This document shows, in pieces, positions 51,259-61,103 of a stretch of DNA of 64,000 bases. The stretch spans positions 64,001 through 128,000 of IMG/VR virus record IMGVR_UViG_3300028888_001628; one strand, given 5' to 3'. The stretch's first letter is position 1. Each line of letters begins with the position of its first letter. Both the position numbers and the translations under genes were made by a program. The stretch comes from a virus (taxonomy: Duplodnaviria > Caudoviricetes). The notes beneath the pieces are model-generated. The model was given only the letters and a program-made list of their open reading frames with translations. It was not told where the DNA came from and searched no databases.

Positions 51259-51302
51259 AAACCTAATCTATATAATAAATTATAGATTAGGTTTTTGTAT
51301 AT
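51259..51302 (+). terminator. Intrinsic terminator followed by TTGTATAT
   Basis: aaacctaatctata / tatagattaggttt followed by tt; TTGTATAT at 51295. Confidence 0.75.
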
Positions 51303-51363
51303 TTATATAGTATCAAATTGTAATAATGTAATAGACAACTAATTAGTCCAGGAGAATTACTTT

Positions 51364-54192
51364 ATGGCAATTAATGTAAACGATGATTATGATAAATTAG
51401 TAAAATTATTCTATCCTTCATTAGAAGCGTCTGGGAATATATATTATGGACAGACAAGAAAACTCACTATGGATGAGATTCTTGGTAAAAATGACATGGG
51501 GTTTGAATCTCATATAGAATCTGAGAAGCAAGATGGTGAATATTGTAAATTCTTTAATTGGAAAATCGGGCCTCTTCATGGGTCTGTTAGAGTAGGCGAC
51601 TTAGAGACATTCCCATTAGCTTATGCAAAGTATAAATTAGTAATTACAAATCGCACAGTAGAGAATCATTTAAATTCAACAAGCTTTCCTACTTATGAGA
51701 ATGAGATAGCTTGTATCTTTGATAGCATTGCATATACTACAGGTAATCCTGTAGACGAATCAGAGTCATGGGATGGTAGACATTTCTATGTAGATGATAG
51801 CGGCACAGATAAGTATCTGTACATTGCATTAGTTGATTACTATTCTAATAAAAAAGAGGATACAGACTATTATAAAAATTTATTACATACGCCATTGTGC
51901 ATCAGTCTAACTAATGGCCCACAATCAAATATAAGCATCTCACTTAACGTTGAAGGTGAGTTACAAGAGGATGAATTAAACGATACACAGTATTGGTTTA
52001 GCTATGATGGCATAACAGTTGCTGATGGTGGTACGTGGGATCCAATTACATTAAACAGTACAGTTATAAATCTATCATATGAGGGTGCTCAACGCGTATA
52101 TATTGTTGGTCATAGAGGGTTTGTACAAAATGAGTCTAAATATATTCACTTTGAATGTATAACAAGCTCTGCTGACACACTTGAGATAAGCGGTAATATA
52201 AATAGCTTATTAGATGAAGGTAATTTTGGTGATGTAGATGTATCAAGAGAGTATGATTTTTCTAATATAGATGATCTAAGTGATCAGTATACGCCAAATG
52301 GTTATTTAATAGGCAGTTATACTTTTTATAAACTGTTTGCCAATTCACTAGACGGTACTAACAATATATATGGTTATGAATTGTTACTGCCAGCCAAAAA
52401 GCTAATAAATAGTTGTTACAGTAATATGTTTTATAAGCAGTTTGCTTTAAGACAAGCACCAGATTTACCTGCTGTAGAATTAGCAGAAAGTTGCTATGAA
52501 AGTATGTTCGCTTATTGTGATATAGCTACATCTCCAAAGCTATATGCTATATCACTGAGAAACTCGTGCTATAAAAATATGTTCACTTGGTGTAGTAGGT
52601 TAGGTAATGTAAAGATATTAGCAAGCGATATTTCAGCTGAGGACTCACTTAGTGGTTGGCTTCAAGATGTATCATCTACAGGCATATTGTACTATAACTC
52701 AAATGCAGATGATGTAAGTGCATTTAATATACCTTCTGGCTGGGATACTAAAGATTTATATGAAGAAATTAAAGACGGTGAGATTGATGAAGAAAAGACG
52801 AGTGTATATAGATCACAGTATATGATTACATCAGGATCTGACTCTGATCAGAATGGTAAAGGTAAGCTAGATGGTAGTGGTGAGTGTGAATCTTCATTCG
52901 ATGAGTATCATTCACATCCAATGGGATCATATAACTCAGACGGATCATATAATCAAGAGATCTGGGGATATAAATCATTTAATAGTCCTGTACAATTTAG
53001 AAATGGTATTTATGGTGACAGTAAAGGATTATACATATCTGGTAACACAGAGCTATCTGGCAATCTAAATATTGTTGGTACTGTTACAGCTGATAGCTTT
53101 GAAACACCTGATATGTCACGTAGATTTGTAACAGTATATAACAAAGATGACACATCTATAGGAGACGATCAAACTATATTAGGCGTAAAAACCTTTGATA
53201 ACGACATTAAGGCTAAATACATTATATCTAGAGAAAGTGATGATATTAAATTTATTCTTGATGGGGTTGTTGATCAGATTATACTATCTGTAAACAGCAA
53301 TGATATATTTAGAGTTGGTAATAACGCAGTGTATGTTGATGGAGCAATGTATACAGATGGAAGTATTAATATTACAGAGCCTATAACGTGCGAAGACCCG
53401 TACACTAATAATCAACCAGCGGCTAATGCATCAATAGGTACTCAAGAAATACCAATGCCAATAATATATTGCACGTCTGAATATGCAACAGATATACACT
53501 GTAGCAGCAGTTTCACAAATTCACTTAGAACTGATTCTTTACAGAGTTATACAAACGCAGCAAATGTTATAGCTCTTAATTCCAACATTGTACCTAAGTA
53601 TGATAACACGTATTCAATAGGCGATGAAGGATATAGGATAAAATCTCTCTATACAAGCGATGCCAGATTTGATACTATACATTCTGCTTCAAACGGTTCT
53701 TCAGTTACTGTGTATAATAATATTATACCTCCAAGAAATAGTAGTGTTAGTCTAGGTACTTATCAAAATTTATTTGACAATATATGGTCTCGTACATACA
53801 AGGTTGGGATTTTAGACGCGCTAGACAGCAGTGAAGATATTGATATTAAATTAAAGAAGACAATATCACCAAATGTAAATTCATCGATTAGTCTAGGTAA
53901 TGATAGTTATAAATTTAGAAACGTGTATGCCAATAATTTTGTTGGTAATATCCCTTATGCTGAATATAATGGTAGTACTCGCAGTATAGATGTACCAATT
54001 GGGTCATTTATATGCGTTGACAGTACTGATAGACATTATAATATATCCGGTAGTATAGTTGATGTGCTTCCTAATACAGTACCGATACTACACCGTGTCG
54101 GTGGTTTAGGGTCTATTTTCATACCTGAAGGTAGGTATGTTGTTATAGCACCAGTATCAACTATAATTGCAATTTTAATGAGAATAGAATAA
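51364..54192 (+). CDS. Tail fibre / receptor-binding protein, mosaic
   Basis: LPAxxLxxSCYxxMF leucine-rich repeats; QEIWGYKSF/QTILGVKTF fibre motifs; C-terminal IxPxxxxxxSLG repeats. Confidence 0.7.
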   Translation: MAINVNDDYDKLVKLFYPSLEASGNIYYGQTRKLTMDEILGKNDMGFESHIESEKQDGEYCKFFNWKIGPLHGSVRVGDLETFPLAYAKYKLVITNRTVENHLNSTSFPTYENEIACIFDSIAYTTGNPVDESESWDGRHFYVDDSGTDKYLYIALVDYYSNKKEDTDYYKNLLHTPLCISLTNGPQSNISISLNVEGELQEDELNDTQYWFSYDGITVADGGTWDPITLNSTVINLSYEGAQRVYIVGHRGFVQNESKYIHFECITSSADTLEISGNINSLLDEGNFGDVDVSREYDFSNIDDLSDQYTPNGYLIGSYTFYKLFANSLDGTNNIYGYELLLPAKKLINSCYSNMFYKQFALRQAPDLPAVELAESCYESMFAYCDIATSPKLYAISLRNSCYKNMFTWCSRLGNVKILASDISAEDSLSGWLQDVSSTGILYYNSNADDVSAFNIPSGWDTKDLYEEIKDGEIDEEKTSVYRSQYMITSGSDSDQNGKGKLDGSGECESSFDEYHSHPMGSYNSDGSYNQEIWGYKSFNSPVQFRNGIYGDSKGLYISGNTELSGNLNIVGTVTADSFETPDMSRRFVTVYNKDDTSIGDDQTILGVKTFDNDIKAKYIISRESDDIKFILDGVVDQIILSVNSNDIFRVGNNAVYVDGAMYTDGSINITEPITCEDPYTNNQPAANASIGTQEIPMPIIYCTSEYATDIHCSSSFTNSLRTDSLQSYTNAANVIALNSNIVPKYDNTYSIGDEGYRIKSLYTSDARFDTIHSASNGSSVTVYNNIIPPRNSSVSLGTYQNLFDNIWSRTYKVGILDALDSSEDIDIKLKKTISPNVNSSISLGNDSYKFRNVYANNFVGNIPYAEYNGSTRSIDVPIGSFICVDSTDRHYNISGSIVDVLPNTVPILHRVGGLGSIFIPEGRYVVIAPVSTIIAILMRIE

Positions 54193-54228
54193 AATAAGTT
54201 GGTTATAATTAACCTAAGGAAATAAATT

Positions 54229-55428
54229 ATGGCAATATATACTCAATACGGAAGATACTTAAAGGCAAAACAATTTAAAGAATTATTAACAGAGACTAAT
54301 GATACTTATATGGTATTTGGGATAGGTAATCCACAATGGGATAATCCTGCTAGTGGTCAAAATATAACTGTAGCACCATATAATACTTCTATACTAAAAG
54401 AAAATGACGTTACTACTAATCAATTTTATGATGATAAAGTATGTCAGTATTTCCAATGTTATAATAAAGGCGGCGGTGGTGGAACACTTTATACCCACAT
54501 TTCTATTGAAGATTCAGATATAAATTATTCAACGCAAAATTCAAATCAAGACTCTAATAATTATTCAGACGAAGGAAGATATGTTTACGCGTGTCAAGAT
54601 GTAAATCCTGTATTTCCAAGTACATGGCATGGCACTGACGAACATGGTGAGGCAATTATTAATAGTGTTACACAAAGTAATTATCACGAATTCTATATAA
54701 CTAAAGATGACGGTACTGGAGATTTTAATCTTTATAAAATAAATAGTAGTGATGATCCTGTTACTGTCACAGTACCTGATGATAATTTAAAACGGCAGTA
54801 CTTTTATGAAATGTATATTCGTGGAAAGTCACTTGAGCGTAACTATTCAATTCAAAATACTTTACCAGGGATTAGAGTTCCAGTTGGGCTACTAGGTGCA
54901 GTTAGATGCAGTGTAAACTTTGTAAAAGATATTGGTGACAACTATACTGGTGATATAGATCAGTTCTGGTATGGTGATCGTTATTGGAAGATAGTTAGAC
55001 CTGATGACGATCCTATTTCAAGTAATGTTTCATTAGATGATAGATTCCCTCATCATTTACTTATTACTGCTACTGTAAATCCTCGCTATCTTTGTAGTGA
55101 AATTTCTGTAGACAATTTATTAGTTCCACGTCAAATTGCAATCTATACTGCTCCTAAAAATGAAAGCCACGAGAGATATTATAGAGCTTACGAAAACATA
55201 TTTAACTTTGGGCAATATAGTAGTGATGATATTAACAATATGACTGAGCATATTATGACTGAACACACAAATTATTATGGTAAGATTCTAAACTTCACTA
55301 TTCCAACTTCAGTTGATACATACGAAACAACTGATGGTGAATTTAAATTAGTACTACATGATTATATTAGAGGACAGATACGAGATGCACATTCTGTAGA
55401 TCGATTCGGTTATGTAATTAGCTTCTAG
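54229..55428 (+). CDS. Putative baseplate wedge protein (T4 gp8-like)
   Basis: YMVFGIGNPQWDNP N-terminus; RQIAIY and R....DRFGYVISF C-terminus. Confidence 0.65.
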   Translation: MAIYTQYGRYLKAKQFKELLTETNDTYMVFGIGNPQWDNPASGQNITVAPYNTSILKENDVTTNQFYDDKVCQYFQCYNKGGGGGTLYTHISIEDSDINYSTQNSNQDSNNYSDEGRYVYACQDVNPVFPSTWHGTDEHGEAIINSVTQSNYHEFYITKDDGTGDFNLYKINSSDDPVTVTVPDDNLKRQYFYEMYIRGKSLERNYSIQNTLPGIRVPVGLLGAVRCSVNFVKDIGDNYTGDIDQFWYGDRYWKIVRPDDDPISSNVSLDDRFPHHLLITATVNPRYLCSEISVDNLLVPRQIAIYTAPKNESHERYYRAYENIFNFGQYSSDDINNMTEHIMTEHTNYYGKILNFTIPTSVDTYETTDGEFKLVLHDYIRGQIRDAHSVDRFGYVISF

Positions 55429-55451
55429 TATCTTGTAGATTAAATTTGTAG

Positions 55452-55484
55452 AGCGGTTATTGTATATCTATTACAATAATCGCT
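55452..55484 (+). promoter_or_regulatory. Hairpin with TTGTATATCTA spanning arm and loop
   Basis: agcggttattgta / tacaataatcgct (one G-U pair); loop tatctat. Confidence 0.5.
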
Positions 55485-55506
55485 TTGTTATATAAGGAGA
55501 CTTAGT

Positions 55507-55863
55507 ATGGAAAGATATAATTCTTGTAATAATATAGAAAAGCACGCATTAGATGTGCTATACAACTATTTAGGTTTTAATGAGATAGTCTCTTTTGAAG
55601 AATATATTAACTTTATGTTCTTGAATGCGAAAGGCTGCATTACATTCGCACACATATTTAATCATTCTATAAAACACATCGTAATGTCCTTCTGGGAATC
55701 TTATCCTGAATATAAGGGAAATTATATTAAAACGTTTTGGATTAAGCCTGAAGAGATCGACAGATATGTAGAAGTGGGTTCTAAAGATGAGTTTGATCCA
55801 AAGGGTGTATTGAGATTCTTTGTTAAGAACAGCTTTAAAAGATTAGTTGCTACAAAGAAATAG
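55507..55863 (+). CDS. Hypothetical protein
   Basis: 118-aa ORF with AAGGAG RBS. Confidence 0.7.
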   Translation: MERYNSCNNIEKHALDVLYNYLGFNEIVSFEEYINFMFLNAKGCITFAHIFNHSIKHIVMSFWESYPEYKGNYIKTFWIKPEEIDRYVEVGSKDEFDPKGVLRFFVKNSFKRLVATKK

Positions 55864-55874
55864 AGGTCACGTGT

Positions 55875-56300
55875 ATGAGTAATCATCAGATAAGTCATGG
55901 TAAGACTATCTTTGACATATTTAATATGATTAATCCAAACTGCTATCAAGCTTTTATTATTCAATGTATTATTGAGAATAAGAAAGAAGAAGCAGTTCAG
56001 TATTGTGATGAGTTATCAACAGCAATAGAATTCTATAAATGGGAATCTAAAACAAGTCAGTCTAGTTACGTTGATAGCTTAATATGTGAATCACAGTTAG
56101 AGAAATGGCAAAAGCTTTCAATAATTCATATTATAGCAAATGAAATTGCAGCTTGTAAGTCTATCTTGGAAGAGAAGATTTTAGAAGAAAAGAAAGATGC
56201 AGAAAAACGAATAAACGAAGCTAAGAACTACAGAGACTATCCTAAAAATTCTATGGAAGATCTATATAAATTATTTGGATTCGGCTCACTTCAATTCTAA
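55875..56300 (+). CDS. Hypothetical protein
   Basis: 141-aa ORF with GAGGT RBS. Confidence 0.7.
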   Translation: MSNHQISHGKTIFDIFNMINPNCYQAFIIQCIIENKKEEAVQYCDELSTAIEFYKWESKTSQSSYVDSLICESQLEKWQKLSIIHIIANEIAACKSILEEKILEEKKDAEKRINEAKNYRDYPKNSMEDLYKLFGFGSLQF

Positions 56301-56316
56301 GATAGGTAAGTGTATT

Positions 56317-56865
56317 ATGGCAAAAGTTATTTATTTCTATGGATGCGTTGGTTGTAGCAAAAGTATGCAGCTTCTGTCTATTGCACATAATTATGAAAGC
56401 TGTAATTGGAATGTGTGTACAATAAAACCTGCAGCTGATACAAGAAGTGAACTTATAGAGACAAGAGCAAAAGTACCACCAAGAAAAGCAAATATAGTTA
56501 TATCAGATGAAGAAAGTTTGTATGATTATAACGATATAATAAATGAAGCAGATGTAATATTAGTAGATGAATGTCAATTCTTATCTGTAAATCAAATAAA
56601 TGAACTTCGTTCTATTTCTAATGATAGAAATATAGATGTGCTTTGCTTTGGTTTACGTACAGACTTTAATGCGAACCTGTTCCCTGCTTCAAAACGATTA
56701 TTTGAGATAGCAGATGAAGTAAATGAAGTCAAAACTATCTGTACAGTATGTGGAAAGCATGCTTCATTTAACAAGAAAGTTTGCTATACAGGTGAAGGTT
56801 TAGTTATACCTAGTTGGGACGCATTCGAAGCAAGATGCTGGAATCACTTTATTAATGATGAGTAA
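56317..56865 (+). CDS. tdk: Thymidine kinase (type II)
   Basis: YGCVGCSKS P-loop variant, KPAADTR, ILVDECQFL, FGLRTDF...LF..S.RL.EIAD, CTVCG...CWNH. Confidence 0.92.
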   Translation: MAKVIYFYGCVGCSKSMQLLSIAHNYESCNWNVCTIKPAADTRSELIETRAKVPPRKANIVISDEESLYDYNDIINEADVILVDECQFLSVNQINELRSISNDRNIDVLCFGLRTDFNANLFPASKRLFEIADEVNEVKTICTVCGKHASFNKKVCYTGEGLVIPSWDAFEARCWNHFINDE

Positions 56866-56870
56866 TTATT

Positions 56871-57089
56871 ATGTATTTCGTAGTAAATCCATTCTTTTAT
56901 TATATAGCTAATCAAGAAAGTATAGATCGATATTTATCTGTAGAATCAAACGGTGAGTTACCGTATCAAATGACATATAGTAAATTAAGATCTATAATAG
57001 AATCTTTTGTGAATAACAATAGTCATGGAGTTGACGCAAATAAGATAGACAGCTATATAGATTATATATGTAAAAAGCTATGCAGCTAA
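56871..57089 (+). CDS. Hypothetical protein
   Basis: 72-aa ORF in operon context. Confidence 0.55.
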   Translation: MYFVVNPFFYYIANQESIDRYLSVESNGELPYQMTYSKLRSIIESFVNNNSHGVDANKIDSYIDYICKKLCS

Positions 57090-57102
57090 TTCCAAGGTTA
57101 TT

Positions 57103-57282
57103 ATGTTCACTAAACATAAAATTTATTATACAGTAGAAGTTAAGACAGATGACTCATTCTTGTTTGTATGTTCATTCGCAACATTCAGTGAAGCTAATGA
57201 AACAGTATCTAAACTTAAAGAACAGACTGGAAATGAGTATAGAATTTTAAAGATAGAAAAAGATATAGAAGAAGTTTCGTAG
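57103..57282 (+). CDS. Small hypothetical protein (59 aa, below the ORF-track cutoff)
   Basis: AAGG RBS; MFTKHKIYYTVEVKTDDSF...EKDIEEVS*; fills the gap between neighbours. Confidence 0.6.
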   Translation: MFTKHKIYYTVEVKTDDSFLFVCSFATFSEANETVSKLKEQTGNEYRILKIEKDIEEVS

Positions 57283-57295
57283 GAGAAATATAAAT

Positions 57296-57886
57296 ATGTT
57301 TTTGAATGATGCTGAAATTACATTACCAGTTACAATAAATGGTGTAACTTATAATTCTAAAATGAAATTATTGAAGGCTTTAGTTGAGACTAATAATTTA
57401 TTTGCAGACATTATTATAAACACTAAAATCATTAGTGCTGGTATTGTATCATTTAATTATAATAGCGGCTATGTTATTGCAAGTGTAGATACACATATTG
57501 CATTAACACAGAATGAACCATTTACTAATGTTCAAGTAGGCATTCACCCTGCAGGTGAAGATAATTTCATTCTTTCTAATACTGATGTAAATAGCACTAT
57601 TCCAAGTAATGATGTTGATGTAGACTTATTCTTTATTGTTGGGAATGTATTTCCATATAATGATCTAAAGAAAGTTGTCCCAGAATCACATTTCATTAGT
57701 ATGGGCACAAAAAATATGCCACAGATTAACTTTGACGATCTTCCATCTGCTGTTGAATCTGGTGGCGGTGAAGAATCAGGTTCTGGTAAAGAAGAGTTAG
57801 GCGGAGGTGGAGGCGGTGGTAAAGAAGAACCGGGTGGAGGCGGTGGTAAAGAAGAACCGGGTGGTGGCGGTACAGGCGGTAAATAA
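57296..57886 (+). CDS. Hypothetical protein with a Gly-rich repetitive C-terminus
   Basis: AGGAG RBS; GGGGGKEEP repeats. Confidence 0.7.
   Translation: MFLNDAEITLPVTINGVTYNSKMKLLKALVETNNLFADIIINTKIISAGIVSFNYNSGYVIASVDTHIALTQNEPFTNVQVGIHPAGEDNFILSNTDVNSTIPSNDVDVDLFFIVGNVFPYNDLKKVVPESHFISMGTKNMPQINFDDLPSAVESGGGEESGSGKEELGGGGGGGKEEPGGGGGKEEPGGGGTGGK
57806..57859 (+). repeat. Two identical 27-nt tandem units (coding)
   Basis: ggtggaggcggtggtaaagaagaaccg x2. Confidence 0.9.
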
Positions 57887-57910
57887 TAATACAAATTGTT
57901 ATAGTTAATT

Positions 57911-57940
57911 AATAGGGCTCGTTTGTGAGCCCTATTTTAT
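57911..57940 (+). terminator. Intrinsic terminator
   Basis: aatagggctc / gagccctatt followed by ttat; TTGTATAT downstream at 57965. Confidence 0.75.
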
Positions 57941-58004
57941 TATGTTACTATAATAAGAATTCTTTTGTATATTAATATACGATCTTATTTGTTAGAGGTT
58001 AGTT

Positions 58005-58304
58005 ATGGCTAAAAAGAAAATAGAAGAAGCTTCTAAGTACAGATTTATGTGCGTGAAGAAAAAGAATGGGAACTATACAAAAGAATTTGAGTCTAAAGAT
58101 GAAGCATTGCAATATGCAAATGAGCTTGACGATAAAGATATAGAGTGGTACGGAATATACGAAGTCAGTCCTTACTCACCGTATCTAAATACTATAGTAT
58201 CTAAAAGGCTTATTCCACATGATCTATGCTATATAGTTCCATCAAATAATAAACCTAGTACAGAAAGTAAAGTAAAGCGATCTAGATCATCTAAAAATAA
58301 ATAA
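58005..58304 (+). CDS. Hypothetical protein
   Basis: 99-aa ORF with GAGGT RBS. Confidence 0.65.
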   Translation: MAKKKIEEASKYRFMCVKKKNGNYTKEFESKDEALQYANELDDKDIEWYGIYEVSPYSPYLNTIVSKRLIPHDLCYIVPSNNKPSTESKVKRSRSSKNK

Positions 58305-58377
58305 AGAGTTATAATAGCAAAGTTTAATGTGGTTTTATTGTGGTTATAATAGTGTGTATATTTTGGAGTCTACATAA

Positions 58378-60414
58378 ATGAACGGTGAAAATGAAAGTCT
58401 AGATCTTTTAAACAATGATTCTATTATTGAGGATGAGTTTGTAAAGAATAAGATAGAATTCATAAACAAATTTAAACAGGCGTCTAATGCTGCGAATGCT
58501 ACCGTAGATGACAATTCAAATGTAGCTAATAAGAATATTGCAATCTTAAATGCAGAGATTCATAAGAGTGACAATATTAAGATCTCTCGTGCCATGGTGA
58601 TGAGTAAATTAAAAGAGCTCTACCCAGAATTTAACTCTAAAAGATACGTTAGAGATCTTGAAGATCACGTTATTTATAAACACGATGAAAGCTCTTTTGC
58701 TGGTGCTATCTCACCTTACTGTGTGTCTGTTACGATGTACCCATTCTTAATGGATGGAATAAAGGGCCTAGGCGGCTTATCAGCTTCACCAAAAAATATT
58801 AAATCATTCTGTGGAATATTCTGCAACATGATCTTTGCAATTAGTTCGCAGTTTGCAGGTGCAGTTGCAGTAAGTGAAGCTCTGTTGTATTTCACGTACT
58901 TCTGCAAAAAAGAGTGGGGCGATGATTTCTATAAAAGACCTGATGAAGTTGTAGAAACTACAAACGATGGAAATACACGAACTATTCTTAAAGAGATTCA
59001 GCAGTATTGGCAACAGATTATTTATACAATCAATCAGCCTGCTGCAGCAAGAGGTTTTCAGTCTGCATTTGTAAATTTCTCTTATTTCGATAAACCGTTC
59101 TTTGATGAGATGTTTGGGAATTTCTATTTCCCTGACGGAACACAGCCTGATTGGGAATCACTTAAATGGATTCAGATGGAATTTATGAAGTGGTTTAATG
59201 CAGAACGTCTTAGAACAATTCTAACATTTCCAGTTGAGACTGTTACACTATTATACAAAGACGGTAAATTCGTAGACGAAGAAATGTTTAAGTTTGTATG
59301 TGAAGAATATTCAAGAGGGCATTCATTCTTTACATATATTTCTGATTCTGTTGATTCGATCGCCAGCTGTTGTCGCTTGAAAAATTCAATACATACAAAG
59401 GAATTTAGCTTTACTAACGGCAACGTTGGAATCGAACTTGGAAGCAAATCTGTAATCACATTTAATCTTAACCGTCTAATTCAGATGTGGTACAGAAAAG
59501 AATGTGAGAAAAAAGATGTTGATTCATTTGAATTTACAGATCAGCATTATTCATCACTAAAGAAATATTTATCAAAACTAACTGATCGCGTATATAAATA
59601 TCATCACGCATACAATGAACTGTTATGGGATATGTATGACGCGAAACTTCTTCCTGCATATACAGCTGGATTCATTGATCTTAATAAGCAATATCTCACA
59701 TTAGGATTAAATGGATTAAATCAAGCTGCAGAATTTCTTGGTATGGAATGTAATGTAAATGACAGATATTCTAAATTCTGTCAAGAAATATTCTCGTTCT
59801 TTAAAGAACAGAATGAATTACATAAAGACAAGACAAGTAAGCATCATTTAGTTTTCAATACAGAACAAGTTCCTGCTGAATCACTCGCTATCAAGAATTA
59901 CAATTTCGACAAAAACGATGGATTCTGGGTACCTGACGATACGAATCTTTATGCGAGTTATGTATTTAAACCAAATGATAATATGGTCTCTATCTTAGAT
60001 AAAATAAAACTACACGGGAAAGATTATATTGGTGATTATTTAGACGGTGGCGCTGCAGCACATTTAAATTTAGACAGTCATCTTTCTAAAGATCAATATG
60101 AGAAACTGTTAGAGTACGCAGCTAAAGAAGGTTGTAATTATCTTACATTCAATGTACCTAATGCAGAATGTAGAGATTGCGGATTTATTGCAAAGCAACC
60201 ATTTGATAAATGCCCACAATGTGGAAGTACTCATGTAGATCTATATGATAGAATCATTGGTTACCTTACGAAGGTTAAAAACTGGAGTGACGGTAGACAG
60301 AAAGAACAGAGTACAAGAATATATAATCATTTGGATGAGAATGACTGTGATGAAAAGACTATTGAATACATTAAATATAAGCAATTTAAAAACACAATAT
60401 CAAATAAACAATAG
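58378..60414 (+). CDS. nrdD: Anaerobic (class III) ribonucleoside-triphosphate reductase, no ATP cone
   Basis: IYKHD, PYCVS, TFPVET, SCCRL, EQVPAESLA, CRDCG...CPQCGS and glycyl-radical RIIGYL motifs. Confidence 0.93.
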   Translation: MNGENESLDLLNNDSIIEDEFVKNKIEFINKFKQASNAANATVDDNSNVANKNIAILNAEIHKSDNIKISRAMVMSKLKELYPEFNSKRYVRDLEDHVIYKHDESSFAGAISPYCVSVTMYPFLMDGIKGLGGLSASPKNIKSFCGIFCNMIFAISSQFAGAVAVSEALLYFTYFCKKEWGDDFYKRPDEVVETTNDGNTRTILKEIQQYWQQIIYTINQPAAARGFQSAFVNFSYFDKPFFDEMFGNFYFPDGTQPDWESLKWIQMEFMKWFNAERLRTILTFPVETVTLLYKDGKFVDEEMFKFVCEEYSRGHSFFTYISDSVDSIASCCRLKNSIHTKEFSFTNGNVGIELGSKSVITFNLNRLIQMWYRKECEKKDVDSFEFTDQHYSSLKKYLSKLTDRVYKYHHAYNELLWDMYDAKLLPAYTAGFIDLNKQYLTLGLNGLNQAAEFLGMECNVNDRYSKFCQEIFSFFKEQNELHKDKTSKHHLVFNTEQVPAESLAIKNYNFDKNDGFWVPDDTNLYASYVFKPNDNMVSILDKIKLHGKDYIGDYLDGGAAAHLNLDSHLSKDQYEKLLEYAAKEGCNYLTFNVPNAECRDCGFIAKQPFDKCPQCGSTHVDLYDRIIGYLTKVKNWSDGRQKEQSTRIYNHLDENDCDEKTIEYIKYKQFKNTISNKQ

Positions 60415-60472
60415 CGCTTGAGTTACTTTTCTGCGGTCATTTAATGCAGTTACTAACATAAACAAACACTTT

Positions 60473-60994
60473 ATGAAGTTGAGATATACTATGAATAGTG
60501 ATCTAGAGTTTAGAGTTTCTAAATTAGAAAGGCTAATCTTACGTAAAATAAAATCTAGTAATCGTATTTTAGAGAAACGTATTGCTAGGCTTGAATCAAT
60601 AAGGTTACCTATTGATTCAAAGTTTGTATATATTATTAATTCAACAATGACTGATAATAATTTCTATTTTATATCTGATGATAAGTCAAAGCTAAAGTCA
60701 TTAATTGACAAAATCACAAAATTATTTTTGGAATCAACCTACTGTGAAGACGATGATGAGCGTGATTTATTGTTTAACAGGATTATTGATTTATGCAAAG
60801 TGAATAATATTCAATACGCTGATGATATAGATGAAAGCCCAATTGTAACATATGCTGAGTATCTTGATTCCATTGGGATTGATCCGTACGAAGATGAATA
60901 TGATAAATCAATAGATCTTGATGAAGAAATTATAGTTGATAATGATAAACCATATACTTTTAAAGTAATTGGTAAACATCACAGTAGATTTTAA
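60473..60994 (+). CDS. Acidic protein with a doubled LExRxxxLE leader
   Basis: LEFRVSKLE and LEKRIARLE in the first 41 aa; ATG 60491 is an alternative start. Confidence 0.65.
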   Translation: MKLRYTMNSDLEFRVSKLERLILRKIKSSNRILEKRIARLESIRLPIDSKFVYIINSTMTDNNFYFISDDKSKLKSLIDKITKLFLESTYCEDDDERDLLFNRIIDLCKVNNIQYADDIDESPIVTYAEYLDSIGIDPYEDEYDKSIDLDEEIIVDNDKPYTFKVIGKHHSRF

Positions 60995-61006
60995 ACTTTG
61001 AAGTAA

Positions 61007-61058
61007 ACCACTGTATGATTCTAATTAAATCTACAGTGGTATTGTTGTATAATATCTA
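61007..61058 (+). promoter_or_regulatory. Hairpin followed by TTGTATAAT and ATATCTA
   Basis: accactgta / tacagtggt; TTGTATAAT at 61045, ATATCTA at 61052. Confidence 0.5.
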
Positions 61059-61103
61059 AACTACTATTATCAATGGGTTTAAATCTTATTAGAGGATTCA
61101 AAT

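Noticed and set aside
55875-56300. AEKRINEAKN as a further leader-motif copy
   Set aside because: Internal, lacks the L-E..L-E frame and sits in a generic charged helix.
175-59459. Minus-strand and nested short ORFs in the ORF track (e.g. 9878..10315, 36818..37294, 38120..38599, 57544..57894)
   Set aside because: They lie within or opposite well-supported + strand genes, lack RBS or motifs, and are explained as shadows of codon bias or Gly repeats.
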